Made by a program: the position numbers and the translations under genes
Assembly (NCBI GenBank): GCA_043757865.1
Contig: JAYVOP010000077.1
Location: 768 to 64,767 of the forward strand
Reading direction: 5' to 3'
Source of the DNA: Verrucomicrobiales bacterium
Lineage (GTDB): Bacteria > Verrucomicrobiota > Verrucomicrobiia > Verrucomicrobiales > V1-33
DNA: 64,000 nucleotides
Notes under the pieces: model-generated
Database searches by the model: none
Told to the model about the DNA's origin: nothing
The model's input: the letters and a program-made list of their open reading frames with translations, nothing else
Shown here: piece by piece, positions 36,659 to 47,106 of the stretch
How the letters are laid out: each line of letters starts with the position of its first letter
How positions within the stretch are numbered: position 1 is the stretch's first letter

Positions 36659-37741
36659 TTAAGCCTCGCAGGCGGCACAGACACGCTCTGCTGCATCCGC
36701 ATGGCCGAGCTGCTGCATGTTATGGCGCAGGCTAGCGCGCACGTCGGCGTGCGCTAGTAAATCTTGCAGCATCGTGGCCAAGCGCGCGCCCGTGAGATCA
36801 CGTTCCTGCACCATCAGCGCGGCCTTGGCGCGCACGAAGACCTCCGCGTTCTTCGTCTGGTGGTCGTCCGCAGCGCTCGGATAGGGAATCAAAATCGTCG
36901 GCAAACCAAAAGCGCTTAGCTCCGCGAGGCTGGACGCTCCGGCCCGGGAAATGCAGACGGTGGCAATGGCATACGCTAACTCCATGCGCTGGCAGAAGGG
37001 AGCCACGTGGGCCTTGAAAGGCGTGCTAGTGTAGGCCTTGCGCACGGATTCGATTTCCTGCGGACCAGTCAGGTGGATGATCTGCAACACCTTCTCATCC
37101 AAGTGCGCCAGCGCGCCTAACACGGCTTCATTGACCCCGCGCGCGCCTTGGCTGCCGCCCATCACTAGCAGCACGGGCACGCCTGGTGGCAGTTGGAAAA
37201 ACTCCCATGCTTCGGCAGTTGTTACCTCTGCCCGCAAGGCACTACGCAGCGGCGTGCCCACTACGCTGGTCTTAGCGGCGGGGAAATGATGCGCCGCCTC
37301 GCCTAGCCCGAGCAAGACCGTATCGCAAAATTTAGCCGAGAGCCGATTCGCCTTACCAGGAAAGGCATTGGACTCATGCAGCAACGTCTTGATCTGGAGT
37401 TTCCGCCCCGCATACAGTGGCGGCAGGGAGGTAAAGCCGCCCATGCCTAACACCACATCCGCTTGGAAATTTACCAACAATTTCCGACACGCACGCATCG
37501 TTTGCCAACAGCGCCAGAGGAACTTCGGCATCTTCAGTGAGAACACTGGTGGCATGGCAATGGCGGGTAGTTTTTCAAAGCGCAAATCATCATGACCTTG
37601 GCTGGCGAGGGCATCAATCTGCTTCTCCGAAATGAGCACGATGCACTGATGCCCACGCGCTTGCGCGGCCTGCGCCACCGCAATGCCAGGAAACAAATGT
37701 CCTCCCGTGCCTCCACAAGCGATGACGATTTTTAGAGGCAT
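36659..37741 (-). CDS. murG: UDP-N-acetylglucosamine--N-acetylmuramyl-(pentapeptide) pyrophosphoryl-undecaprenol GlcNAc transferase.
   Basis: 'IVIACGGTGGHLFPGIAVA', 'GGSQGARGVN', 'ISRAGASSLAELSAFGLPTILIPYP...DDHQTKNA'. Confidence 0.95.
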   Translation of the reverse strand: MPLKIVIACGGTGGHLFPGIAVAQAAQARGHQCIVLISEKQIDALASQGHDDLRFEKLPAIAMPPVFSLKMPKFLWRCWQTMRACRKLLVNFQADVVLGMGGFTSLPPLYAGRKLQIKTLLHESNAFPGKANRLSAKFCDTVLLGLGEAAHHFPAAKTSVVGTPLRSALRAEVTTAEAWEFFQLPPGVPVLLVMGGSQGARGVNEAVLGALAHLDEKVLQIIHLTGPQEIESVRKAYTSTPFKAHVAPFCQRMELAYAIATVCISRAGASSLAELSAFGLPTILIPYPSAADDHQTKNAEVFVRAKAALMVQERDLTGARLATMLQDLLAHADVRASLRHNMQQLGHADAAERVCAACEA

Positions 37742-37747
37742 ATTTTC

Positions 37748-38884
37748 TTAAACAGCAGGGGTCAATTTTGCCCGGCCTAACACGGGATCTCTAGGCGCAA
37801 TGCGGGCGGATTGGCGATGCAGATTCAGCAAGATGCCCACGCCGAGAAGCAAACAGATTAGGTTCGATCCGCCCGCACTCACGAACGGCAGCGGCATCCC
37901 TTTGTTCGGCAGCATAGCCGTTGTCACGCCGAGATGGATCACTGTTTGCATGGCCATCAGGCAAACAATGCCGAAGCCGAGCAACTTCCCAAAACGATCA
38001 GGCGCATGGATGGCAATGAAGAATCCCGCCACGGTCATGGTGAGATAACAACCCACAAGGAAGATGCAAAACCACCCGCCCAGTTCCTCTCCGATCACGC
38101 TGGAAATCATGTCGCTATTCGCATAAGGCAGGGACCACATCTTCTGCCGACTGTTGCCGAGCCCTAACCCCGTGGGGCCACCCGTGCCATAAGCCAAGAG
38201 CCCCAGCCATTGCTGGAGGCCGTCTCCACCGCGGTGCTTCTCTAAATCTAGGAAGGCTGTAATGCGGTCCATGCGCTCGGGATTTTGTAAAATGGCCAGC
38301 CATAACGTCGTGAAGGCTCCGCACAACAACAGCCCTAAATACCGCAGCCGCGTCCCGCCCGCATACAGCACGCAGAGCGTGGCCAGCGTGAGTAGCATGG
38401 CACTCCCCATATCAATCTCAATGGCGATGAGCCCGATCAAGCCACCCGCAATCAGCATGGGATAGAGGAAGCCTTTGAGGAAACTTTTCCGCTCTTCCGG
38501 GCGTCGCGCACACCATGTCGCCACCACGATGACACCGACCAACTTAGCCACTTCCGAGGGCTGGAATTGAAGCCCCAGGCGGATCCAGCGCGAGGCCCCA
38601 TTGATCCGCAGCCCCACATGTGGCAGGAAACAAGCGATCAAAGCCGCCGCCGCTAGCGCATACAGCACCCAGCACCACTGCGCATAACGACGATAGTCTA
38701 ACAGCGCAGTCACGATCAAGCCTACCATCCCAATGCCCACAAACAACAATTGATCCTTGGCCTCCTGATAGACATCCTTGGCTCCCTTCATCGTGTAGGG
38801 ACCGATGCTGACTTGCATGATGAAGCCTAACGCCAGCAGCATTAAAACGATGCCGATGAGCACGGCGGCACTTTTACGAGTCAT
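37748..38884 (-). CDS. ftsW: SEDS-family peptidoglycan glycosyltransferase / cell-division protein FtsW.
   Basis: About 10 TM helices. 'RWIRLG.LQFQPSEVAKL', 'SDMISSVIGEELG', 'PNKGMPLPFVSAGGSN'. Positioned between murD and murG. Confidence 0.9.
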   Translation of the reverse strand: MTRKSAAVLIGIVLMLLALGFIMQVSIGPYTMKGAKDVYQEAKDQLLFVGIGMVGLIVTALLDYRRYAQWCWVLYALAAAALIACFLPHVGLRINGASRWIRLGLQFQPSEVAKLVGVIVVATWCARRPEERKSFLKGFLYPMLIAGGLIGLIAIEIDMGSAMLLTLATLCVLYAGGTRLRYLGLLLCGAFTTLWLAILQNPERMDRITAFLDLEKHRGGDGLQQWLGLLAYGTGGPTGLGLGNSRQKMWSLPYANSDMISSVIGEELGGWFCIFLVGCYLTMTVAGFFIAIHAPDRFGKLLGFGIVCLMAMQTVIHLGVTTAMLPNKGMPLPFVSAGGSNLICLLLGVGILLNLHRQSARIAPRDPVLGRAKLTPAV

Positions 38885-38886
38885 GG

Positions 38887-39720
38887 CTAGTCTGGGAGTT
38901 TGAGTTTCTGGCCAGCGTGCAGCTTGCCCGCATCAGCCATGCCGTTGAGTTTCAAGAGCGCTTTCTCCGTGATCCCACGACGTTTGGCGATGCTGTAGAT
39001 GGTCTCGCCTTTCGCCACCGTGTAGGTCTTGCTGACGCTCGCAGGCTTGCTCGTGGTGGTGGCGCTGGCGCTGGCTTTGACGGGCACCACTGCCGGGAGG
39101 GTGGGTTTAGGAGCCTGAGCGGCTTCTGGATTAGCCGCATAGCGCGGCGTGGGATTGGCCTGTGGAGGCTGAATAGGTGTCTGCTGCGGAGCCATGCGCG
39201 GGGTGCTACTAGCCGTAATCACGCGCGGAGCAGTCGGGATGGAAATGCGACGTCCTACGTTCAATTCGGAGTGCGGATTAGCCGCGCGCAGCTCTTCCAC
39301 GCTCAGACCACGGGCTGTGGCAATGGACTCCCACGTCTCATCCATGCGGACAATGTAGTCGGTGGTTAGGGTAGGCGCAGCGGCCATGGGGGCGGCACGT
39401 AGCGCAGGGGCTGGCGTAGCCGTCACGGGCACCTTGGCTCCGCTGGGGGAAATGATGATGGGCTTGCTAGGCGCACTCTCCCCATAGAAATGGAACGCCA
39501 CCAGCCCGCCTACGGCCACCAGATGCAGTGCCAACATGCCGATGAACATGCGGGACGTTTTCACCTGCGGCGGCGGGCCGCTGTCCCAGTCACCTTCACT
39601 GGTGACGTTGGCCGGCAGCGTGTGCTGGCGGGTGCTTTTACGACGCGGGGGAACCTGGGAACGGAGGCGCTCGCGCTGCGCGCTCAGGTTTTTGACTTTG
39701 GTGTTAGGGCTGGTCGGCAT
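38887..39720 (-). CDS. Bitopic membrane protein with two LysM domains, embedded in the dcw operon.
   Basis: Basic cytoplasmic N-terminus; TM 'MFIGMLALHLVAVGGLVAFHFY'; LysM1 'YIVRMDETWESIATARGLSVEELRAANP'; LysM2 'YTVAKGETIYSIAKRRGITEKALLKLNG'. 8-nt gap to the murD stop and 2-nt gap to the ftsW start. Confidence 0.8.
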   Translation of the reverse strand: MPTSPNTKVKNLSAQRERLRSQVPPRRKSTRQHTLPANVTSEGDWDSGPPPQVKTSRMFIGMLALHLVAVGGLVAFHFYGESAPSKPIIISPSGAKVPVTATPAPALRAAPMAAAPTLTTDYIVRMDETWESIATARGLSVEELRAANPHSELNVGRRISIPTAPRVITASSTPRMAPQQTPIQPPQANPTPRYAANPEAAQAPKPTLPAVVPVKASASATTTSKPASVSKTYTVAKGETIYSIAKRRGITEKALLKLNGMADAGKLHAGQKLKLPD

Positions 39721-39728
39721 TTTGTTTA

Positions 39729-41048
39729 TTAGGTTAAAGCGGCTACATGCTCGGCAAAGATTTGACCGCGTTGGTCATAGCCTGTGAACATGTCGAAGGA
39801 AGAAGTGCCCGGAGACAGGATGATCGTTTGTCCAGCCTGGGAGGCTGCATAGCTGCGTTGCACGGCCTCGCCTAGATCCGCGCAAGCATGGGTTGGTACG
39901 GCCGAACCCCAGGTGGTGACGAGTTCATCCTTGATCTCGCCAATGGTGAAAACCTCGCTGACTTTCTCAGCGATCAAGCTCGTGAGCGGCTGGTAATCCA
40001 GCCCTTTCTGCTTCCCACCAGCAATCAAGATCACCTTTTTCGTAAAGCCCCGCAACGCGCTTTCCATGGCGTGTAAGTTCGTCGCCTTGCTATCGTTAAT
40101 GAACTCCCGGCCTTTCACCGTGCCTACTAACTCACAACGATGATGCGGCGTGCGATACGCCTGCAGCGTCTTAATCATGGCCTCAAACTGGATGCCCACT
40201 GCGGACGTGGCGGCCATGGCGGCCATCATATTTTCCGCATTGTGCAGCCCCCGCAAATTCGTCTTGGCCATGTCCACGAGCATCTCGTTCTGATGCCAAA
40301 TTTTGCCCATTCGTAGATGGAAATCCGTCTGTGCTCCGGTGGCGCTGAATGTCACTTTCTGCGCGGCCAGTGCCGGGAAATTTTCCGTTCCATTAACGAT
40401 CGCGAAATCAGCTTTGGTCTGACGCTCAAAGATCCGCAGCTTGGCGTTCCGATAAGCCTCCAGCGAAGGATGGCGATCTAGGTGGTCAGGAGCAAAGTTT
40501 AACCAGACCGAGACTTTGGGGTGAAAAGTTTCGATCATTTCCAACTGAAAAGAGCTGACCTCCAACGTATAAATATCCATCGGCAAACCTTCGTTGATGA
40601 GGTCTGAAAAAGCCACGCCATAGTTGGCCCCAGCGATGGTCTTGAGCCCCGCGCCTAGCAGGATGCTTTCGATGAGTTCCGTCGTGGTCGTCTTACCGTT
40701 GGTGCCCGTGATGGCGATGACAGGCTTGGTGCAGTTCTGATAGGCAAACTCCAATTCGCCCATACAACGCACGCCTGCCGTGAGGTAGCGCGCGGCCAGC
40801 GGCCAAGCAGGATCGATGCCCGGACTGATCACCACGAAGTTAAATTTCCGCCGACTCATCAGCGCGGCCTTGCCTAGCAGCACGGAGAATCCTTGCTCAC
40901 GCAAGAGCTTCGCGCGCTGCTGCACGGCCTCGCTGTCCGTGGAATCTAGGATGGTGACGGTGGCTCCTAGCTTCTTGGCCAAACGCGCAGCGGCCATGCC
41001 ACTGGTGGCACAGCCTAACACCGCTATCGCTTGTCCGATATATTTCAT
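39729..41048 (-). CDS. murD: UDP-N-acetylmuramoylalanine--D-glutamate ligase.
   Basis: 'IAVLGCATSGMAAA', 'VIAITGTNGKTTTTELI', plus its position in the dcw cluster. Confidence 0.95.
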   Translation of the reverse strand: MKYIGQAIAVLGCATSGMAAARLAKKLGATVTILDSTDSEAVQQRAKLLREQGFSVLLGKAALMSRRKFNFVVISPGIDPAWPLAARYLTAGVRCMGELEFAYQNCTKPVIAITGTNGKTTTTELIESILLGAGLKTIAGANYGVAFSDLINEGLPMDIYTLEVSSFQLEMIETFHPKVSVWLNFAPDHLDRHPSLEAYRNAKLRIFERQTKADFAIVNGTENFPALAAQKVTFSATGAQTDFHLRMGKIWHQNEMLVDMAKTNLRGLHNAENMMAAMAATSAVGIQFEAMIKTLQAYRTPHHRCELVGTVKGREFINDSKATNLHAMESALRGFTKKVILIAGGKQKGLDYQPLTSLIAEKVSEVFTIGEIKDELVTTWGSAVPTHACADLGEAVQRSYAASQAGQTIILSPGTSSFDMFTGYDQRGQIFAEHVAALT

Positions 41049-41057
41049 AAATGTTGC

Positions 41058-42194
41058 TCAGCGTAGTTTCAAGGTTGCTAGTCCAACGAACGCGCACATA
41101 ATGCCGATGATCCAGAACCGGACCACCACTTGGGTTTCTTTCCACCCCACTAACTCAAAATGATGGTGCAGTGGACTCATCCTGAAGACCCGGCGGCCCT
41201 CGCCATATTTTTTCTTAGTGTATTTGAAATACATCCGCTGAATGATGACGGAGGCTGTTTCTAGCACGAAGACGCCACCCACAATGATCAGCGTCATCTC
41301 TTGTTTACAACTGATGGCCATGACCGCAATGCCGCCGCCGATGGCCAGCGCCCCGGTGTCGCCCATGAAAACTCTAGCTGGTGAACAGTTGAACCAGAGG
41401 AAGCCCAAGGCCGCTCCCAGCAAGGCGAAGCAAGCGATAGCCACGTCTCCGCTGAGCTGGTCATGTGGCAGATTCAGATAGTCTGCTATGATACGATTTC
41501 CATGGAGATAGTTAAAGATCCCATAGGTGAACGCCACCGGAATGGTGCAACCCGTAGCTAGGCCATCCAGCCCATCCGTAAGGTTCACGGCATTGGATGC
41601 GCCAATGATGACTAGCATGAAGAATGGCACCGTCCACCAGCCCATATCTTGGATCACGGCACTCTTGATAAAGGGAATCCAGAGTTGGCCAAAGTAGTGT
41701 GGATTCTGTTGATAAATCAGCACTGCCACGATGCCCGCCACGATGAATTGAAAGCTTAATTTGAAGCGCTCACTCACGCCTTTGCTGTTCTTCTTAGTGA
41801 CCTTTAGATAGTCATCCCAAAACCCCAGCACGCCCATGGCCACGGTCGCAAATACCGTGAGGCCGGTGTAAGGATCGCTCCATTTCGCACACAGGCCCAC
41901 GCTGATGACGAAGGCCAGGATGATCATGATCCCGCCCATGGTCGGCGTGCCTTTCTTGCCTTCGTGCAAGGCGTAGAGCGCGTTCACTTCCTCCGCCGTG
42001 CGGATCGGCTGGCCCATCTTCAACGAGAGTAATTTACGAATCACACGATTCCCCATCAGGAGCACCACGCACAGCGCAATGATGCCCGCCACGATGGCGC
42101 GGAAAGTCTCGTATTGCAGCACGTTCGTGACCTTATTCCAAAAGTCCGGCTTGCCCTCACGGGCTTTGAGTAATTCGTGAATCCAGTAGAGCAT
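41058..42194 (-). CDS. mraY: Phospho-N-acetylmuramoyl-pentapeptide transferase.
   Basis: 'KKGTPTMGGIMI', 'NAVNLTDGLDGLA', 'FMGDTGALAIGG', 'PLHHHFEL.GW'. Confidence 0.95.
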   Translation of the reverse strand: MLYWIHELLKAREGKPDFWNKVTNVLQYETFRAIVAGIIALCVVLLMGNRVIRKLLSLKMGQPIRTAEEVNALYALHEGKKGTPTMGGIMIILAFVISVGLCAKWSDPYTGLTVFATVAMGVLGFWDDYLKVTKKNSKGVSERFKLSFQFIVAGIVAVLIYQQNPHYFGQLWIPFIKSAVIQDMGWWTVPFFMLVIIGASNAVNLTDGLDGLATGCTIPVAFTYGIFNYLHGNRIIADYLNLPHDQLSGDVAIACFALLGAALGFLWFNCSPARVFMGDTGALAIGGGIAVMAISCKQEMTLIIVGGVFVLETASVIIQRMYFKYTKKKYGEGRRVFRMSPLHHHFELVGWKETQVVVRFWIIGIMCAFVGLATLKLR

Positions 42195-42197
42195 GGG

Positions 42198-43580
42198 TTA
42201 GGGAGAAAAGTGTTCGATGACCTGCTCCATGGCGGCCGTGCGGCTGCCTTTGACTAGGATCAGATCCAGCGGAGTGGCCTCCGTGCGGAGGAAAGCCGCG
42301 CAATCTGCAGCGGTGGAGAAGGAGTGAATTTCCGTCTTAAGGGAATCACCCAGAGCCGTCTGCGCAGCCTCGGCAATCCAGCGCGCTTCGTTATCCCCCA
42401 CGGTGCAGAGAAGTGGAAATTCCCCATCCACGACCGCCGTGCCTAACGAGCGATGCGCGGCCTCCGCATGAGTCCCCAGCTCGCCCATACGGCCTAGGAC
42501 CACGATCCGACGCCCCGCTCCGATGCTGTTGCGCAGCGTGTCCAGGGCGGCTAGCATGGAATCTAAATTAGCGTTATAGCTATCATCCAGAAAAGTAAAT
42601 GCACCCACGCGTCGCCATTGCAGCCGCCCTTTATTCAATTGCGCACTCTCCAGCCCCGCGATGATGTCCGCTGGTGGTAAGCCGAAATGATACCCCGCCG
42701 CAGCGGCTAGGGCGGCATTGTTAATCATGTGTCGGCCCGGCACTGCCAGTTTCACGGGCAGCGGGGCGAGGTTCGGAAACTGGATCAGAAAGCGGCTCCC
42801 AGCAATGTCCGCCTGGACGTCGCTCACCCGCACATCCGCTCCTTCCGCAAAGCCTGCGGTCAGCACGTAGGCTTGGCTGCGGGCGGTGATGCTCGGGGTG
42901 AAATCATCGTCCGCATTGAGGATCACGCAGCCGTTCTCCGGCACCGCTTCGGCCAGCACGCCTTTCTCTAGAGCAATGTTTTTCCGGCTGCCCATGAACT
43001 CGATGTGAGCCGTGCCCACGTTCGTAATGATGGCCGCGTTAGGCGCTGCGATGTCCGCCAGCGGGGCGATCTCCCCTGGATGATTCATGCCCATTTCACA
43101 GACCGCCACCTCATGTTCTGGATCAATGCTGAGCACCGTCAGCGGCAGGCCGATGTGGTTATTCAAATTCCCTTTCGTCGCTTGGACGGTAAACATTTGG
43201 TTGAGCACAGAGGTCACAAAATCCTTGGTGCTGGTCTTGCCATTACTGCCCGTAAGGCCCAGCACCTTGCCGCCCCAAGCCTGACGCCAGGCCTTGGCCA
43301 GCGCTTGCAGCGCTAGCAATGTATCGCTCACCAAGATGACGGCGCCTACGGGATACGTGGGCATTTCCTGGCTCACAAGAAATGCGCTGGCCCCAGCAGC
43401 GGCGGCTTGATCCAGGAAATTGTGCGCATCAAATTTCTCGCCTGCCAGCGCTACGAAGAGGCTGTTAGGCTGAATCGTGCGCGTGTCGGTGGACACGGCG
43501 GAGACGAGCGCAGCGGCATCCCCCTGGAGCAGGCGGCCTTGGCACCATGTGGTGAGTTGCGCGATGGTCTGGGGTTTCAT
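42198..43580 (-). CDS. murF: UDP-N-acetylmuramoyl-tripeptide--D-alanyl-D-alanine ligase.
   Basis: 'STDTRTIQPNSLFVAL.GEKFDAHNF', 'VLGLTGSNGKTSTKD', 'DDSYNAN'. Confidence 0.9.
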   Translation of the reverse strand: MKPQTIAQLTTWCQGRLLQGDAAALVSAVSTDTRTIQPNSLFVALAGEKFDAHNFLDQAAAAGASAFLVSQEMPTYPVGAVILVSDTLLALQALAKAWRQAWGGKVLGLTGSNGKTSTKDFVTSVLNQMFTVQATKGNLNNHIGLPLTVLSIDPEHEVAVCEMGMNHPGEIAPLADIAAPNAAIITNVGTAHIEFMGSRKNIALEKGVLAEAVPENGCVILNADDDFTPSITARSQAYVLTAGFAEGADVRVSDVQADIAGSRFLIQFPNLAPLPVKLAVPGRHMINNAALAAAAGYHFGLPPADIIAGLESAQLNKGRLQWRRVGAFTFLDDSYNANLDSMLAALDTLRNSIGAGRRIVVLGRMGELGTHAEAAHRSLGTAVVDGEFPLLCTVGDNEARWIAEAAQTALGDSLKTEIHSFSTAADCAAFLRTEATPLDLILVKGSRTAAMEQVIEHFSP

Positions 43581-45064
43581 TCTGGCAGCTCCCGCCTTTC
43601 CCTCAGGTAGTAACTAGCTACTTTTACATCATCGAAGGGCTCCGTGCGATCCGCAAAGATCTGGTAGGCTTCATGGCCTTTGCCCGCGATCAAAATGATG
43701 TCGTTATCCCGCGCGGTTTCGATGGCTAGCTTGATCGCTTCGCGTCGGTCTGCGATGCGTTCGTAGCGTTGACCCCGCATTCCTTTTACCATGTCGTCGA
43801 TGATTTTTTCGGGGTCTTCACTGCGCGGATTATCGGAAGTGAGGATGACGCGATCACTCAGCGTTTCCGCCGCATGGGCCATGAGCGGACGTTTGCGAGC
43901 ATCCCGATCTCCCCCGCAGCCGCAGATGGTAATGATGCGGCGGGGATTCAGCCCGCGCAGCGTTTTGAGCACATTTTCCAGCGCATCCGGCGTGTGAGCA
44001 TAGTCCACAAAGACGCGGAAATGCCGCTGTAAGCCTACGCTCTGCAAGCGCCCAGGCACTTGCGGAGCCTTGGCCAAATGCGCGATGGATTCACGCAGAT
44101 TCAAGCCCATGGCCTGCACGGCGGCTAGTGCGGCAGCGGAATTGAAGACATTGAAACGCCCGATCAGTGGCAAGCGCACCAGCAAGCTGCGGCCTTTGAC
44201 CTCCAACGTATAACTGGTAGTGGCAATGGTGTTGGTGATGTCCGCAATGCGAAAATCCACGCCATAGCTCATGCCATAAGTCAGCACCGTGCCGCGCTCC
44301 GCGTAGGCTTCAGCGTATTTCTTGCCGTAGAAATCATCCGTATTGACGACCATAGTGCCCTTCCGTTTGTGCGGCTGCGTGACTAGTTGCTCAAAGAAGC
44401 GCCCCTTGGCCGCAGCATAGGCATCCATGGATCTGTGATAGTCTAAGTGGTCTTGCGTGAGATTCGTAAACACGGCGGCATCGAACTCCACGCCCGCCAC
44501 GCGCTGTTGCATCAACGCATGGCTGCTAACTTCCAACGCCGCTCCTGCGCAGCCATTAGCGCGCATGAGATCTAACATGCGATGAATCTCCACGCTGTCC
44601 GGCGTGGTATGCGTGGCATCCGTAGGTTGGCCGTCGCCCACGTCATAACGGATGGTGCCCAGGAAGCCACAGCGGCCTTTACTAGTAGCTACCAGATGCT
44701 GGATGATGAGGGCGGTGGTAGTCTTGCCATTGGTGCCCGTGACGCCCGCTACTTTCAGATCATGGGAGGGGAAATGGTAATATTGACTGGCCGCTAATCC
44801 CATGGCCTGAGCCACATCTTTGACCTGGATCCACGCGCCTTGGTAGTCCGCAGGCACGTCCGTTTCCGCTATGATGCAGGCGGCTCCGTTGACGATGGCG
44901 GCTGGGATAAAGTCGTGACCATCAACGTGGGTGCCGCGCAGGGCAAAGAACAGGGAGCCTGCTTTGACTTGTCGCGAATCCGCCGTCAACGCCAGCACAT
45001 CGCCTTCCAGCGAGCCTGCGGAGCGGGCTGCGAGGAGGGATTTGAAGAAGTTAGAGAGATTCAT
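43577..45064 (-). CDS. murE: UDP-N-acetylmuramoyl-L-alanyl-D-glutamate--2,6-diaminopimelate ligase.
   Basis: 'LTADSRQVKAGSLFFALRGTHVDGHDF', 'VAGVTGTNGKTTT', 'VDYAHTPDAL', 'TSDNPRSEDP'. 4-nt overlap with murF. Confidence 0.95.
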   Translation of the reverse strand: MNLSNFFKSLLAARSAGSLEGDVLALTADSRQVKAGSLFFALRGTHVDGHDFIPAAIVNGAACIIAETDVPADYQGAWIQVKDVAQAMGLAASQYYHFPSHDLKVAGVTGTNGKTTTALIIQHLVATSKGRCGFLGTIRYDVGDGQPTDATHTTPDSVEIHRMLDLMRANGCAGAALEVSSHALMQQRVAGVEFDAAVFTNLTQDHLDYHRSMDAYAAAKGRFFEQLVTQPHKRKGTMVVNTDDFYGKKYAEAYAERGTVLTYGMSYGVDFRIADITNTIATTSYTLEVKGRSLLVRLPLIGRFNVFNSAAALAAVQAMGLNLRESIAHLAKAPQVPGRLQSVGLQRHFRVFVDYAHTPDALENVLKTLRGLNPRRIITICGCGGDRDARKRPLMAHAAETLSDRVILTSDNPRSEDPEKIIDDMVKGMRGQRYERIADRREAIKLAIETARDNDIILIAGKGHEAYQIFADRTEPFDDVKVASYYLRERRELPE

Positions 45065-45109
45065 GGGGCGCAGAGCTTGGCGGCGGCAGGGGTGGGAACA
45101 AGGAGTATT

Positions 45110-47101
45110 TTAGCGATGAGATTTGCCCGCATGGACCACGGATTCACCTGGCACTTCGTAGTAACGCAGGGCGGCATCCATGATGCGGCGGAAGACAGGC
45201 GCGGCTAGTTTGCCGCCGTAAAGTTGTTCCTTGGGAGCATGTGGATCATCCACCACGACCACGCCGAGGAGCTTCGGATTTAGAACCGGGGCAAAGCCTA
45301 GAAAGCTTACGACATAGCGGTCCTTGTAATGGCCGCCGCCCTCGGACTTGGGCTTCGCTAGGAGCGCAGTGCCGGTCTTGCCAGCGATGTAGTAGTCAGT
45401 GCTGCGGGCTAACATCCCGGTGCCTTTTTCCACGACATCCAGCATCGCCTCCCGCGTATTTTTAGCGGCAGCGGCGGAAACGACACGGCGGAGATTCATC
45501 GGCTGATGCTCAGAGAGGACGCGGTTCCGCGAGTCTAATATGGCTTCTACAAGATAGGGCTCGCGATACCAGCCATCGTTGATGATGACGCCTAACGCCG
45601 CACACATTTGGAGCGGCGTGACGGAAATCCCGTAGCCAAAGGCCGTGCGCGCTAGATCGTTATTCGTCCAGGTCTTGCGCACGATGATGCCGGGGGATTC
45701 CAATCCGTTGCGCTCGGTCGGTCCCATGAAATTAGTGCGCGAGCCGAAGCCGAAGTTAAGGATGCTTTCCTGAAATTTCTTCACGCCGACAGTCCGCGCT
45801 AGCTTGAAGGCCCCGATGTTACTACTGCGCACCAGCACGTCATGCACACTAAGCGCGGTCGAGGACTCATCATCATGAATGTCTGCGATCTCCTTGTCAG
45901 GATCTTTCCAACTGATGCCGTCCGCTTGATTGGAAGTGGGGATGGGCGTGTTTAAGTTAACTTTCCCCGAATCCAACGCGGTGGCTAGCGTCACGATCTT
46001 CATCGTGGAGCCCGGCTCATACACTTGCACCGCCGCGGCATTGTTGAAGTTGGCGACGCCTGCTTTCTGATTGGCATCCCGACACACGATCGCCCGTACG
46101 GCCATGGTATGGGCATCCAGCAGCACCACCATGACGCGGGCGCATTTCAACGAGGGTAAATAGATCTCGTTAGAATCATTCCCCACTTGATCCACCGACG
46201 CGGAAACGATGTCTTGCAATGTGGTGTCCAACGCCAACCGCAGGGACTTGCCCGGCACGGGCTCCGTCAGGGTATTGGCGAACGCGGTGATCTCACGATT
46301 ACTGCCATCAACCTCAAAGTTTCGTTCTCCTACTTGGCCCGTCAGATCGTCTGTGCGGGCACTTTCCACGCCACCCACGGCGGCACCTTCGCTATTCACC
46401 ACGCCCACGATGGGCGTCAGTTCAGAATCGCTGAGATCACTGCGGCGGTAGAAAGATTTGATCTTCAAGCAGCCTAACGGGTAGTCCGCCATCAGTTGGT
46501 GCAGGCGATTGGCTTGGTGGGCATTTAGCTCCTTGGCCAACACTGTTTCCCCGGAATCCACGGGCCGTGGCTGGCCGTTCTCTAACATGCGCTCAGCAAT
46601 ACTGCGGGAAATTTCCTCCGGCGTCTTGTCCAATGCTGGGGCCAGCAGGGAGGCCATCCACCAGAGGAAACGCTGCTGCATTTCCACTTCCGTCCAGGTG
46701 GCTTTGATCTGTTGCCAAGGGATAACCTCGGACTTCTCTAACGCATGAGCCATGCGGTCTAGCGCACCCAGGGATTTGGGTTTACCAGTGTCCTTGTCCT
46801 TCGGTCCAGACTCTCGCAGGGCCATGTTATCAAAGACCACGGACTGCATGCTCTCATCATGCGTGAGCAGCCGACCGTGAGTATCCATGATGGCTCCACG
46901 AGGCGCGGAGATAACCTCGTGTTTGAGGCGCGTGACCTCTATTTTGGCGGCCACCTTGGCGTGCTGCATCATTTGCAGGTAATAGAGCCGTGCGGAAATG
47001 GCGCTAAAGCACAGCCCTAGCACGGCCAGCGCCCACGTCGCGCGGCGGGTTAGGCATTGATCGCACTCACGATCCAAGGCGGTCGTCCGAGATGTGCTCA
47101 T
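45110..47101 (-). CDS. ftsI: Penicillin-binding protein (class B transpeptidase, FtsI/PBP3-like).
   Basis: N-terminal TM; 'YEPGSTMK' (SxxK), 'SSN', 'KTGTA' motifs. Position after ftsL. Confidence 0.9.
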   Translation of the reverse strand: MSTSRTTALDRECDQCLTRRATWALAVLGLCFSAISARLYYLQMMQHAKVAAKIEVTRLKHEVISAPRGAIMDTHGRLLTHDESMQSVVFDNMALRESGPKDKDTGKPKSLGALDRMAHALEKSEVIPWQQIKATWTEVEMQQRFLWWMASLLAPALDKTPEEISRSIAERMLENGQPRPVDSGETVLAKELNAHQANRLHQLMADYPLGCLKIKSFYRRSDLSDSELTPIVGVVNSEGAAVGGVESARTDDLTGQVGERNFEVDGSNREITAFANTLTEPVPGKSLRLALDTTLQDIVSASVDQVGNDSNEIYLPSLKCARVMVVLLDAHTMAVRAIVCRDANQKAGVANFNNAAAVQVYEPGSTMKIVTLATALDSGKVNLNTPIPTSNQADGISWKDPDKEIADIHDDESSTALSVHDVLVRSSNIGAFKLARTVGVKKFQESILNFGFGSRTNFMGPTERNGLESPGIIVRKTWTNNDLARTAFGYGISVTPLQMCAALGVIINDGWYREPYLVEAILDSRNRVLSEHQPMNLRRVVSAAAAKNTREAMLDVVEKGTGMLARSTDYYIAGKTGTALLAKPKSEGGGHYKDRYVVSFLGFAPVLNPKLLGVVVVDDPHAPKEQLYGGKLAAPVFRRIMDAALRYYEVPGESVVHAGKSHR

Positions 47102-47106
47102 AGCGG

